Notes: a model not told the origin generated them from the sequence alone. Counted from the first letter of the stretch, positions 1-9,497 are shown. The stretch: 64,000 nucleotides of DNA from an uncultured Desulfatitalea sp. (GCA_963668675.2 CAXXMB010000001.1:1504001-1568000); one strand, 5' to 3'. Numbers and translations: made by a program.

Positions 1-267
1 AGCGCCGGCCAGGTCGCTCTCCCATGACGAGGCGGGGAAGACAGCGGCCATCAGCGGCACGATCTCCTCTTCGTACTGTTCGATGACGCCGGGGTCGTCG
101 ATGTCGCCATTGAGTTCGGGGTTGTCCAAAATGTTGCGCTCGAACAACTCGAACATCTTCGCCAAATCCTGGCATTTGGGTGCAACATTCGCCCGCCAGA
201 AATCGAGCAGTGGCTCGAGACTCAACACCGACAAAAATTCGTGTTCGGCCTGATCGTCGCTATGCAT
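1..267 (-). CDS. Hypothetical protein, N-terminal part only (runs off the window edge)
   Basis: Manual translation from ATG at 267 gives MHSDDQAEHEFLSVLSLEPLLDFWRANVAPKC..., open to position 1, with AGGAGAG RBS upstream. Not in the ORF track because it has no stop in the window. Confidence 0.7.
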   Translation of the reverse strand, partial: MHSDDQAEHEFLSVLSLEPLLDFWRANVAPKCQDLAKMFELFERNILDNPELNGDIDDPGVIEQYEEEIVPLMAAVFPASSWESDLAGA

Positions 268-281
268 GGTATCTCTCCTAT

Positions 282-325
282 GGTTCAAAACCAACCTATA
301 CGAGTAACAGATTAGGTTTTGAACC
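282..325. terminator. Stem-loop downstream of the feo operon (possible terminator or processing site)
   Basis: Perfect 11-bp inverted repeat GGTTCAAAACC (282-292) / GGTTTTGAACC (315-325). No clear U-tract. Confidence 0.4.
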
Positions 326-364
326 GGTCAGGTCACCATAATCATCAAATCGCTTGAAGCCAAA

Positions 365-547
365 TCAGATGGGGTCTTTGGGATCGTCCGTTTCGGGACT
401 GGGGCAGGTGTTGATCTGGTTCTGACTGCAACATCCACAGCCGCCAGCACAGCCATCGGTTTTACTGTTGCTAACCTTTTTGTAAAAGCGCCAGCCGAGT
501 AAAAAAGCTGCCAGCAGTACAATTACCACCACAATTGCGGTCTGCAT
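365..547 (-). CDS. FeoB-associated Cys-rich membrane protein
   Basis: 60 aa, N-terminal TM helix followed by GCAGGCGCC...C, directly downstream of feoB. Confidence 0.85.
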   Translation of the reverse strand: MQTAIVVVIVLLAAFLLGWRFYKKVSNSKTDGCAGGCGCCSQNQINTCPSPETDDPKDPI

Positions 548-576
548 GTGCGCCCCCTTTTATTGTACGTTCAACA

Positions 577-2790
577 TCAGAAACCGGCCAATGTGCCGAT
601 TTGAAATACGGTGGTGGCCAGCAAAAAAGCCAGCACGGTATTGAACACCATTGAAAAAAGCCCCCACTTCCATGAGCCGGCCTCCCTGACAATACAGACC
701 ACCGAGACGAAACAGGGGGCGTAGAACATGACAAATATCATCAGGCTCAAGGCGGTCAGCGGTCGCCAATGGGGCGAGTTGGCCAGCGTCTCGGCGAGAG
801 AACTGTTCGCCTCCGGGTCCACCTCTCCAAGGGAGTAGGCGGTCCCGAGGGTCGCCACGATGACCTCTTTGGCCGCAAAGCCCCCTACAAGGGCGATATT
901 GGTCCGCCAGTCCAAACCGGCCCAGCGGCTAAACGTTTCGAGTCCGGTGCCCATACGGCCGGCAACCGAGTGTCTCAGAGCCGCCTCGGCCTGGGCGGCC
1001 TCGATGGTGAGCAGTTGTACTTTTGCTTTCCGGGCGGCCTCTGTAAGGGGTCGGTCGCCATCTGAATGGTTGACTTCGGCGGCGACATCCGCAGGCAGAG
1101 CGGTCAAAATCGCCTCTCGCCGGTTCTCGAATTCCACCACCCGATCCTCGGGCAAACCAGGGAAGGTCATCAGGGCAAAAAGGATCACCGATATCCCCAG
1201 AATCACGGTGCCGGCCTTTTGGATATACTGCCAGGTCCGTTCCCAAGTGTGGATCAGCAGCCCCTTGAAGGTGGGCAGACGATAGGGCGGCAACTCCATC
1301 ACGAAGGGCGTGGCAGCGCCTTTGATCACGGTGGAGCGCAGGAGCTTTGCCACCAGCAGGGCGCCGGCCCAGGCAACCAGTGTAATGATAAACATCATCA
1401 GGGCCTCCTTATCGGCAAAAAAGGCGGCCACAAGCAGTGCGAAAACCGGCAGTTTGGCCCCGCAGTTCATGAACGGCACGGTGAGCAAGGTGGCCAGGCG
1501 CTCCCGTTTGGACTTGAGCGTGCGGGTGGCCATGACACCCGGCACGGCGCACCCCCCGGCAATGCCGCCGGAGACGATAAAGGCCATGACCGAGCTGCCG
1601 TGCAGCCCGAAGATGCGAAAGACGCGATCCAGCATGAAGGCGACCCGGGCCAGGTAGCCCGAATCCTCCAGCAAGGCGATGCCGAAGAACATGAACATGA
1701 TCAGGGGTACGAATCCGAGCACACCGCCGACACCATCGATCACCCCGGAAATGATCATCGCCTTTAGAAGTCCGTCGGGCATAAGACGATCCACAACGCT
1801 GCCCATCCATGCGAAGAGGTCCTCGCTCCAGGCCACAGGCAATGCGCTGTATGTAAAGGTGAAATGGTAGAGGGCGAAAAGGACGGCCAACATGATCAAG
1901 GGGCCGGCAAAGCGGTTGACCACCACCTTGTCGATCTTATCCGATATGAAGAGCCGATTACGGTCGCCGCCATAGGAGATGACCCCCTGCTTGAGGACCG
2001 ACCGGATATAGCCATAGCGATAGTCGGCGACCACTGCCTCCGGATAGCTCTCTGCGGTCCTTTCGAGATGGCGTTGAACCTCCTGGACGATGCGCTCCAG
2101 CTGGCCGGCGGTCTCGTCGTCCCGCTGCCGGCCGAGGCAACGGATCTGTTCGTCGTTCTCCATGTACTTGAGCGCGGTCCAGCGTTCGGGGTAGATATCG
2201 GTCATGAACGCGCGCTCCCGGACGATGGCTTCCATCCGGTCCAGTGCGGGATCGATATCGGGTCCGTAAGAGATCTGCAGCTCTGTGCCGCCGCCCTCCT
2301 CGTCGAGCAGCCGGAGGGCGGCCCGGATCAGCTCCTCCTTACCCCGGCCGCTGCGGGCCATGGTGGGCACCACCGGTACACCCAACAGGCGTGAGAGGGC
2401 CTGGTGGTCGATCGTTATTCCGCGGCTGTCGGCCATGTCGATCATATTGAGGGCGATGCACACCGGCATCCCCATTTCGATAAACTGCAGGGTCAGGTAG
2501 AGATTGCGTTCCAGATTGGACGCATCGACGATGTTGATCACCACGCCGGGTTTCTCATTGACCAGAAAGTCGCGCGCGACCACCTCCTCCAGCGAATAAG
2601 CGGTCAGAGAGTACGTTCCTGGCAGATCGACAATGTTCATCCGGTGGCCGTTGAGTTTGTAGACACCCTGCTTTTTCTCTACGGTAACACCGGGGTAGTT
2701 GCCCACATGCTGTCGGGCGCCGGTCAGGCTGTTGAACAGCGTCGTCTTGCCGCAGTTGGGATTTCCGGCCAGGGCGATCATGGCTTCCAT
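577..2790 (-). CDS. feoB: Ferrous iron transporter B
   Basis: GNPNCGKT, GNYPGVTVE and DLPGTYSL GTPase motifs plus a multi-TM gate domain (PFMNCGAKLP, FVMELPPY). Confidence 0.97.
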   Translation of the reverse strand: MEAMIALAGNPNCGKTTLFNSLTGARQHVGNYPGVTVEKKQGVYKLNGHRMNIVDLPGTYSLTAYSLEEVVARDFLVNEKPGVVINIVDASNLERNLYLTLQFIEMGMPVCIALNMIDMADSRGITIDHQALSRLLGVPVVPTMARSGRGKEELIRAALRLLDEEGGGTELQISYGPDIDPALDRMEAIVRERAFMTDIYPERWTALKYMENDEQIRCLGRQRDDETAGQLERIVQEVQRHLERTAESYPEAVVADYRYGYIRSVLKQGVISYGGDRNRLFISDKIDKVVVNRFAGPLIMLAVLFALYHFTFTYSALPVAWSEDLFAWMGSVVDRLMPDGLLKAMIISGVIDGVGGVLGFVPLIMFMFFGIALLEDSGYLARVAFMLDRVFRIFGLHGSSVMAFIVSGGIAGGCAVPGVMATRTLKSKRERLATLLTVPFMNCGAKLPVFALLVAAFFADKEALMMFIITLVAWAGALLVAKLLRSTVIKGAATPFVMELPPYRLPTFKGLLIHTWERTWQYIQKAGTVILGISVILFALMTFPGLPEDRVVEFENRREAILTALPADVAAEVNHSDGDRPLTEAARKAKVQLLTIEAAQAEAALRHSVAGRMGTGLETFSRWAGLDWRTNIALVGGFAAKEVIVATLGTAYSLGEVDPEANSSLAETLANSPHWRPLTALSLMIFVMFYAPCFVSVVCIVREAGSWKWGLFSMVFNTVLAFLLATTVFQIGTLAGF

Positions 2791-2791
2791 G

Positions 2792-3028
2792 CTACTCTTC
2801 TACCTCCACATCGATAAAATCCGCCTCGCTGTTACGCAATGTTAAGGTGAAACCCATCAAACGCAAGGCCACCGGGTCATATAAAGGTGCGCGTCCCTGG
2901 ACGGTAATTTCCGTGCCGGGAACGAGCCCCATGTCGCGAATACGCCGCCCCAGCTCCCCTTGAGCGGTAATGGCGGCAATGACCCCTGACTGTTTCGCCT
3001 TCATTTGCCGCATATTCACTTTGTGCAT
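2792..3028 (-). CDS. feoA: Ferrous iron transport protein A
   Basis: RRIRDMGLVPGT...APLYDP...LTLRNSEA FeoA signature, adjacent to feoB. Confidence 0.95.
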   Translation of the reverse strand: MHKVNMRQMKAKQSGVIAAITAQGELGRRIRDMGLVPGTEITVQGRAPLYDPVALRLMGFTLTLRNSEADFIDVEVEE

Positions 3029-3072
3029 TTCGAACCTCCAGCTGCAGTATCTATTTGATCATTTTTTGATTT

Positions 3073-3088
3073 GTTAGCTATACCTAAC
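3073..3088. promoter_or_regulatory. Putative DtxR/MntR-family operator
   Basis: Palindrome GTTAG-CTATAC-CTAAC in the AT-rich divergent spacer between feoA and the DtxR-family gene. Resembles the TTAGG-N4-CCTAA core of DtxR/SirR boxes. Confidence 0.65.
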
Positions 3089-3188
3089 TTTTATGGTTGT
3101 CAACTCGTTTTTTAACAACACCCTATTTTTTTGTTTTTGACTAATAAAGATTGGGGTGCTACTTTGTTCCAAACAAAAAGGAGGCAGG

Positions 3189-3695
3189 ATGTCCACCCGA
3201 GATGATCTTTCGGATAGTTTGGAGAACTATCTTGAAGCAATTCTGGAGCTTGAAGAGACCCAGAAAGTGGCCAGGGCAAAGGAGATCGCAGATCGTTTGA
3301 AGATACAACGCGGTTCGGTCACCGGGGGCCTCAAGACGCTGTCCGAGAAGGGCTACATCAACTACCAGCCCTATAGCTATATAACGCTTACAGCAAAAGG
3401 CAAGCGTATCGCGCGCGACATCGCCCACCGCCATGCGGTGATCAAGGAGTTTCTGCTGAAGGTGCTCCAGATCGACCCGTTGACGGCAGAGACCTCCGCC
3501 TGCCGGATGGAGCATGCCATCGACCCGAAAAGCATCGAACGCCTGGTCTGTTTCATCGAGTACATCTTCACCTGCCCCCGGGCGGGCGAAGAGTGGATTC
3601 AGTCGTTTCTGAGCTACTGCGCCGGTGGCAACCGCAAACAGGCCGACTGCAAAAAGTGTATCGATTCGATCAGGAACGAAGTTGCCTCGTCCTGA
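3189..3695 (+). CDS. DtxR/MntR-family metal-dependent transcriptional regulator
   Basis: SLENYLEAI...HTH...ACRMEHAI motifs and a Cys-rich C-terminus. ATG 3189 has a GGAGG RBS; gene is divergent from feoAB. Confidence 0.92.
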   Translation: MSTRDDLSDSLENYLEAILELEETQKVARAKEIADRLKIQRGSVTGGLKTLSEKGYINYQPYSYITLTAKGKRIARDIAHRHAVIKEFLLKVLQIDPLTAETSACRMEHAIDPKSIERLVCFIEYIFTCPRAGEEWIQSFLSYCAGGNRKQADCKKCIDSIRNEVASS

Positions 3696-3771
3696 ACGGT
3701 ACCGAACGACTCTCTTTTGAACAAAGCTCCGGAAACGCACTTCAGAGAGAGCGCACTCCGAGAAATCCAAT

Positions 3772-4761
3772 ATGTACCTGGCCCGTCTGAGCAAAAAGGG
3801 AAAACCCCGTTTTGTGATCCGCCAATCCTACCCCGACGGCAGCGGCATGAAGAGCCGCGACCTGTTCGACTTGGGTGCCGACCCGACCCGCTACATCGTC
3901 TACGTGGGCGGCACCGGGTACTACTATGACACTGTTGTTTACGACGCCTTGGCCGAAGCCGGCGTGGCGGAGGGAGAGGATGAGCTGGACCGAATTCTGT
4001 TCGAATTCCTCGATCCCAGCATCCAGCGCGTCATCCGCGGGTTCGATCGCGGCCGCCGCCACCGCAAGCGACCCGTGGCACTGGGACAGGGTGAGGACGC
4101 ACCGCACCCCATTCACCTCTTCGACAAACGCCGTTACCACTACCTGAGGTTCGGCCACAGCGAGCAGCGCCAAATCCACCGTGTCCCGGAGAAGGTCTTC
4201 CGGGAACTGCATGCCAAATCCCGCGACGAACTGGAGCAGTACTTTCTGTCCGAGGAGCGCTCTCTCCGACCCCATCAGCGGCCGCACTATGTCTCCGTGA
4301 TCTTCGAATTGAAACGGTTTACCCCCGACAAGGAGCGGGGTGTCCACCTGCTCGAGCAGATAGACGATTTTTTCATCTCCCGCCTCTGCCGATTCAACGC
4401 CGATGCGCGCCTCTGGGACGAGGCCTCGGAAACGGATGGGCTGCGCGACTATCTGGTCAAGTATGCCATCATGTATTTCGACTACGAAGCGCCCCATAAC
4501 TCACCGTGGCAGGCCTATGTGGAAGATTTCATCCGCCGCCATCGCGCCTATCATCCGCCACGCAAGGTGCAGATTAAAACCGAGGAGGCCGGCCGCCTCT
4601 TCGGGATGCCCTGGAAGAAGCTTAAGGTGCTGGACAAACGATCGTTGTCACGCCTCTACCGACAACTGGCGCTCAAGCTTCACCCGGATCAAGGCGGCGA
4701 TCCGGAACTGTTTCGCAAGCTCTCCCACTACTACGAAGTACTGTCGAAAAAGCGACGCTGA
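3772..4761 (+). CDS. Hypothetical protein with a C-terminal J-domain-like segment
   Basis: C-terminal LYRQLALKLHPDQGGD...FRKL carries the HPD motif. Confidence 0.75.
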   Translation: MYLARLSKKGKPRFVIRQSYPDGSGMKSRDLFDLGADPTRYIVYVGGTGYYYDTVVYDALAEAGVAEGEDELDRILFEFLDPSIQRVIRGFDRGRRHRKRPVALGQGEDAPHPIHLFDKRRYHYLRFGHSEQRQIHRVPEKVFRELHAKSRDELEQYFLSEERSLRPHQRPHYVSVIFELKRFTPDKERGVHLLEQIDDFFISRLCRFNADARLWDEASETDGLRDYLVKYAIMYFDYEAPHNSPWQAYVEDFIRRHRAYHPPRKVQIKTEEAGRLFGMPWKKLKVLDKRSLSRLYRQLALKLHPDQGGDPELFRKLSHYYEVLSKKRR

Positions 4762-4927
4762 AAAGAACAATTGCGACAAGGGTGAATCGATGTTAGAGGA
4801 CAAAAGGCGTAAATGCTTCAATACAGGCGGTCATAAAGCCCGCCCTTCGATACAATGGACTCAATAACATTGAGGTTCATATTCCAAACGCAGACAGGTG
4901 ACAGCTCAAACAGAAAGGTTTCCGCTG

Positions 4928-5293
4928 ATGAGTGCAAACGCAAATTTGATCCTGATGGCCCTGTTCGGCATCCTTGTGGGGATTGGCGCCTCCTTTTCCG
5001 GGTTGGGAGGCGGTTTTCTGATGGTGCCGCTGCTGCTGTTCATGGGCTACACGGCCCAGAAATCGGTGGGCACCTCATTTCTGGCCATCCTGGTCATCTC
5101 CATCTCCGCCCTGGTGGCCCACAACAAGTTGGCCAACATCGACTACCGGGCCGGCATCCTGCTGGGCATCGGCGGGATCGTCGGCGCACAGATCGGGTCG
5201 CGGCTGGTCGAGCATGTGAGCACGGCCAACTTTAAAAAAATCTTTGCGCTGATTCTGGTGGGATTGGCGATCTATATGTTTTTCAAAAAGTAG
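4928..5293 (+). CDS. Sulfite exporter TauE/SafE family protein (single-repeat, half size)
   Basis: GLGGGFLMVPLL, SVGTS and GAQIGSRL motifs, ~121 aa, hydrophobic. Confidence 0.8.
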   Translation: MSANANLILMALFGILVGIGASFSGLGGGFLMVPLLLFMGYTAQKSVGTSFLAILVISISALVAHNKLANIDYRAGILLGIGGIVGAQIGSRLVEHVSTANFKKIFALILVGLAIYMFFKK

Positions 5294-5318
5294 AACCCGT
5301 CTCAAACAGGGGAGACGA

Positions 5319-5498
5319 TCACCGGCCGATCTCCCCGTCCAGCGCCCGTCGCAGATAATCCATCTCCGCCCTCGCTTGGCGCAACTTCTCCTTGACCCGC
5401 ACGTGCTCATCGTGCGAACAGAGCGCCAGCGCCCTTTCCAACTCTTCGACAGCCTTTTGGGAGCGGTATAACTCCCGGGCCAATAGCTTGATGCTCAT
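5319..5498 (-). CDS. Small coiled-coil hypothetical protein (59 aa)
   Basis: Manual translation MSIKLLARELYRSQKAVEELERALALCSHDEHVRVKEKLRQARAEMDYLRRALDGEIGR. Starts 18 bp after the MCE gene; below the ORF-track cutoff. Confidence 0.7.
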   Translation of the reverse strand: MSIKLLARELYRSQKAVEELERALALCSHDEHVRVKEKLRQARAEMDYLRRALDGEIGR

Positions 5499-5516
5499 GT
5501 CGCTGTCAGATCCGGC

Positions 5517-6242
5517 TCAGATATTTCTAATCCGTCGAACCTCCCTTTCGAGGGGTTCCAGCTCCTCCTCACGGCCATCGGGCTCGAGCTCCTTCCTCAG
5601 TTCGTCAAGCTCCCTGCGTATGCGAGGCAGCCACTCGCGTTCGATCCGGTCGCGCGCCTGCTCCCCGGCCCGCTCCATCTCCCTGGCCCACTCCTCAAGG
5701 GAGCGCTTCAACTGACGATAGGCATCACTTTCCGGGATTCCCTTAACGTCGCGCCCGAACTTGTCGAACAGCTCCTGAAGATAGCCCAACCCCTTCTCCA
5801 CCTCTCGACGCCATTGGGAAAAGGCGCTATCGGGGGAATCCATGCCCTTCACTGATGCGCCGTCCTGCAACAAGCGGCCGCCGCTTCTCGTCAGCTCGAT
5901 GATCACCACCCGGCTGCCGGAGCGCGTCGGGTCGGCAGCCGTATAGAAGCGCGAGTACTCGGTCAACGCCTTTTCATAACCGTTGTCCACCTCGATACCC
6001 ACCTGATAGGTCCCGTCCTTCCGGTAGGCTATGGAGGTCACCGTTCCGGCCGGGTTATCCTGGAAGAGGACCCTATCCCCCTCGGCCAGACCGGACAAAC
6101 GGTTGAAATCAACATCGATACGGATCGCATCCGGCCCACAGGCAACCAGCATCAGGCCCGTCAGCAAAATTCCCACGCATCTCCGAAGAGAGCTGGACGT
6201 TGAATGAAAATATTTTCCCATGATAAAGCCCCTTAAAACCAT
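5517..6242 (-). CDS. MlaD/MCE-domain lipoprotein with helical C-terminus
   Basis: Lipobox-like LVAC, then F..LSGLAEGDRVLFQDNPAGTVTSI (MCE motif), then an amphipathic helical tail. Start uncertain (ATG 6221 possible). Confidence 0.75.
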   Translation of the reverse strand: MVLRGFIMGKYFHSTSSSLRRCVGILLTGLMLVACGPDAIRIDVDFNRLSGLAEGDRVLFQDNPAGTVTSIAYRKDGTYQVGIEVDNGYEKALTEYSRFYTAADPTRSGSRVVIIELTRSGGRLLQDGASVKGMDSPDSAFSQWRREVEKGLGYLQELFDKFGRDVKGIPESDAYRQLKRSLEEWAREMERAGEQARDRIEREWLPRIRRELDELRKELEPDGREEELEPLEREVRRIRNI

Positions 6243-6314
6243 CCTCCTAATATCGCTCCAATCCCTTCACTCTCCTACTTTAAACATTCCAATTTAAACG
6301 CCGGCGAGGCCGGC

Positions 6315-6875
6315 CTATTTCGGCCATTGGTGGTCCTTCAACACGTCAAACGGATTGCCGGTGGACTTGACCGGGCATCCGCACGGTCCCTGGTTTAAAT
6401 CCGCACCGCACTGCGGACACATCCCTTTACAGCTATCGCTGCAAAGCGGCTTATACGGCAGGCAGAGCACTATCTGCTCCTGCACCGCGTCACCGAACTC
6501 GATGGTGTCGTCTTTGAAATAGATCAGTCCGATCTGTGCAGCCGTCAACTCAACTTCGCCGTCATCTCCCGAGTGCACATCCGCCGGAATTTCGCGTGAG
6601 AAGCGCAGGGTAAATCGGCGATGCAGCTCCCGCTCGTACTCATTGAGGCAGCGGCTGCAGGGCAGCCGAACGGTGGCCGACAAAAACCCATCGACCCGAA
6701 TCAAATCCCGCTCGGGTTCCACCTCCAGCGTGATGGCAATGGGGGTGGCGAACCGGCACTCTCCCTGCTCAGTCAGCCGTTTGAGTACCGAGAACGCTTC
6801 GGCCGGCTTGACGTAATCCAGGCGGGTTCCCTGGGTGGGAATGTGGTGGACTTCGATAGTCATATCACTGGTCAT
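6315..6875 (-). CDS. yceD: YceD/DUF177 family protein
   Basis: CSRCL...LPYKPLCSDSCKGMCPQCGADLN..C signature. Confidence 0.9.
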   Translation of the reverse strand: MTSDMTIEVHHIPTQGTRLDYVKPAEAFSVLKRLTEQGECRFATPIAITLEVEPERDLIRVDGFLSATVRLPCSRCLNEYERELHRRFTLRFSREIPADVHSGDDGEVELTAAQIGLIYFKDDTIEFGDAVQEQIVLCLPYKPLCSDSCKGMCPQCGADLNQGPCGCPVKSTGNPFDVLKDHQWPK

Positions 6876-7110
6876 TGATCAATTCCTCAATCGGATCATT
6901 TCCGCAACCCGGGAAACAGTGCGTTAGCTGTGAGGCAATAGCGGAATTTAAAACTGCCGCCCTCCAAATGCAAGAGCGATCCGGGGATGCGCCGCGTTTT
7001 TGGTCACACAATGTCCCTTTTTTGACGCCAGTGCACGATCTCATACACCCCTGCAGATCGGAAAGCCCCTATTTATCGATCATTTTTGAAGGTTCCGAAA
7101 AGCGGGAGGG

Positions 7111-7126
7111 TGGTATGCAATTTGCT
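7111..7126 (+). promoter_or_regulatory. Putative sigma-54 (-24/-12) promoter of the LysM transglycosylase
   Basis: TGGTATGCAATTTGCT has GG-N10-GC spacing with TTGC and lies ~60 bp upstream of ATG 7186. Confidence 0.6.
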
Positions 7127-7185
7127 TTATCTCATTTTTAAGTTAGCGGTCTTGAAAGGCAAATTTCTTCAGAGGTGATTGAGCA

Positions 7186-9282
7186 ATGACTCCGAAACGC
7201 ATCGTTCGGGCGCTCTGCGCAGTGGTTTTTATATCGATTTATTCATTCGCAAGTCATGCCTATGCGACTCCGGATCCTTTTCCCATGCCTGAAGCCATCG
7301 TTCCAAACGTCAGCTTCTGGACCCAGGTCTATGCCCACTACACCTCCGATCAAGGCATCGTGCACGACAGCACCCGTATGGACATTGTTTACGAGATCAT
7401 CGAACTGAGGCCCTACGACAAGCCTGGCGCCGGCAAAATCAACCGCAAACGCATGAAGCGGGCCAAAAAAAAATATCGGGAGATTCTCAATCGCCTGGCC
7501 AAAAATCCCCATACCCGGGATAAAAGCTGCCGGCGGGTGGCAGGGCTGTTCGATGACCCTCACGACGCCGAGCAGTTTCGCCGTTCAGCCAACCGTGTCC
7601 GTTGCCAGGTCGGCCAGAAGGACCGTTTCCAGGCTGGGTTGATCCGGTCGGGAGCCTACATGGATCGCATTCGCGCCATCTTCTCATCCCACGGCCTCCC
7701 CGATGGCCTGGCCTATCTGCCCCATGTGGAGTCATCGTTCAATCCCAACGCCTACAGCAAATTCGGCGCCGCCGGCATATGGCAGTTCACTCGCTCCACC
7801 GGCAAGCGATTCATGGCGGTGGGCTATGCCATGGATGAACGAAGAGACCCGATCCTGGCAACCGACGCAGCCGCACGACTTCTAAAAGAGAATCATGCCA
7901 AACTGAACAGCTGGCCGCTGGCCATCACAGCATACAACCATGGCGCCACCGGCATGAAGCGCGCAAAGCAGCTTCACGGCAATTATGAGAACGTGTTTAA
8001 ATCCTACCGCAGTCGCACGTTCAAATTCGCCTCTCGGAATTTCTACGCCGAATTCCTGGCCGCCCGCCATGTGGCTGCCAATTATCGCGACTATTTCGGG
8101 ACACTCCCCCTGGACAGCCCCGTGCAGGCCCATGTCGTCAAATTGAAAAACTACATCGCCTTCGATGATCTGTGCGGTCATTTCCAGATACCCCCCAAGG
8201 TGCTCGAGCGCATGAATCCCGCACTGCGTAAGCCTGTCCTTAGCGGCCAAAAATATGTTCCCAAGGGATACGCGCTGAGATTGCCAGTTGAAAGCCGGGA
8301 GAAAGAGCTGTTGACGGCCGAAATTCCCGCTAACCTCTATCAAAAGGCCCAGAAACGCAGCCGCTTCTACACAGTTCAGCGGGGCGATACGGCGGGAAAG
8401 ATCGCCCGCATGCACCAGGTCCGGCTTGGCGATCTGATCCTGGCCAATAATTTAAACCGCCGTGCCACGATCTATCCAAGCCAGACGTTGCGCATCCCGG
8501 GGGCGACCGATCTCAGGCCCGAGCACCAAAACCCGGTTACCCAAGAGCCGGTCACGGTTTTGGCCGCCAAAACCTCCCCTGATCCTCCGGCACCGCCCGT
8601 GGCGGTGAAGGCGACCACTCCGAAATCCGCTCCGCCTGAACTGGCTTACTACCCGCAGCCGATGCTGGCCTCGGTAATCCCCTTGCCGTCCAAGGCGTCG
8701 AAGGTTAATGGCATCGACGCGAAGGGCGAGGCGGCACAACAGGCACAAAACAGCGAGATCGTTTCCGCCGATGTCGCCTTCGAACGTATCGTCGAAAGGA
8801 ACGGACAGCTGGTGGGCATCATCCAGGTTGAAGTCGAAGAGACCCTGGGCCATTACGCCGACTGGGCCGGTGTGGCCACGCAGCAGATCCGACGCCTCAA
8901 CGGGCTGCGCTATGGTGCGTTTCTGCGGCTGCACCAGAAGATCCGCATCCCCCTCGGCCGTACCAATGCCGAAACGTTCGAGCAGAATCGATATGAATAC
9001 CACAAGCGTCTCCAGGAGGATTTTTACGCGGCATACCGTGTGGGCGAATTGCAATCCTATCGGGTGAAACGCGGCGACAGCATCTGGACCCTGTGCCGCG
9101 GGAAGTTCGATATCCCCATGTGGCTGCTCAAACATTGCAACCCGGAGGTCGACCTGGGCGATCTGCGTTTCCACCAGAAATTGGTTATCCCGACCATCGA
9201 GAAGCTGTCGGAGGTCGACGCGGAACCCGGAATCGGTTCGCAAAGTGAAGATAACGAAGAGATGGAGCCTGGTCAGGTCTGA
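7186..9282 (+). CDS. MltD-like lytic transglycosylase with LysM domains
   Basis: SLT motifs VESSFNP, AAGIWQF and AYNHG, plus LysM repeats (YTVQRGDT, YRVKRGDSIW) and a signal peptide. Confidence 0.9.
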   Translation: MTPKRIVRALCAVVFISIYSFASHAYATPDPFPMPEAIVPNVSFWTQVYAHYTSDQGIVHDSTRMDIVYEIIELRPYDKPGAGKINRKRMKRAKKKYREILNRLAKNPHTRDKSCRRVAGLFDDPHDAEQFRRSANRVRCQVGQKDRFQAGLIRSGAYMDRIRAIFSSHGLPDGLAYLPHVESSFNPNAYSKFGAAGIWQFTRSTGKRFMAVGYAMDERRDPILATDAAARLLKENHAKLNSWPLAITAYNHGATGMKRAKQLHGNYENVFKSYRSRTFKFASRNFYAEFLAARHVAANYRDYFGTLPLDSPVQAHVVKLKNYIAFDDLCGHFQIPPKVLERMNPALRKPVLSGQKYVPKGYALRLPVESREKELLTAEIPANLYQKAQKRSRFYTVQRGDTAGKIARMHQVRLGDLILANNLNRRATIYPSQTLRIPGATDLRPEHQNPVTQEPVTVLAAKTSPDPPAPPVAVKATTPKSAPPELAYYPQPMLASVIPLPSKASKVNGIDAKGEAAQQAQNSEIVSADVAFERIVERNGQLVGIIQVEVEETLGHYADWAGVATQQIRRLNGLRYGAFLRLHQKIRIPLGRTNAETFEQNRYEYHKRLQEDFYAAYRVGELQSYRVKRGDSIWTLCRGKFDIPMWLLKHCNPEVDLGDLRFHQKLVIPTIEKLSEVDAEPGIGSQSEDNEEMEPGQV

Positions 9283-9497
9283 TCGAAAAAGGTCAACTCC
9301 CATCGATCTGCATGGGGATCGTGACGCAGGATATAGCGTCCACCATCATCACCCGCCACCTTGAAATAGCGATGGTCCGGCGCAAGCCAGCTGTCGATCG
9401 TTTGGACAACCTCTATGCATCTGGCGCCTAGCCAGAAACGCCGCGGGGTCTGCTCGCCGCGGTACCCGCAATAACAATCCACACGGATATTCTCCAT
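9273..9497 (-). CDS. Small conserved hypothetical protein
   Basis: 74 aa, GYRGEQTPRRF...W...RYFKV...YILRHD...WEL pattern typical of a small beta-rich family. Confidence 0.75.
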   Translation of the reverse strand: MENIRVDCYCGYRGEQTPRRFWLGARCIEVVQTIDSWLAPDHRYFKVAGDDGGRYILRHDPHADRWELTFFDQT

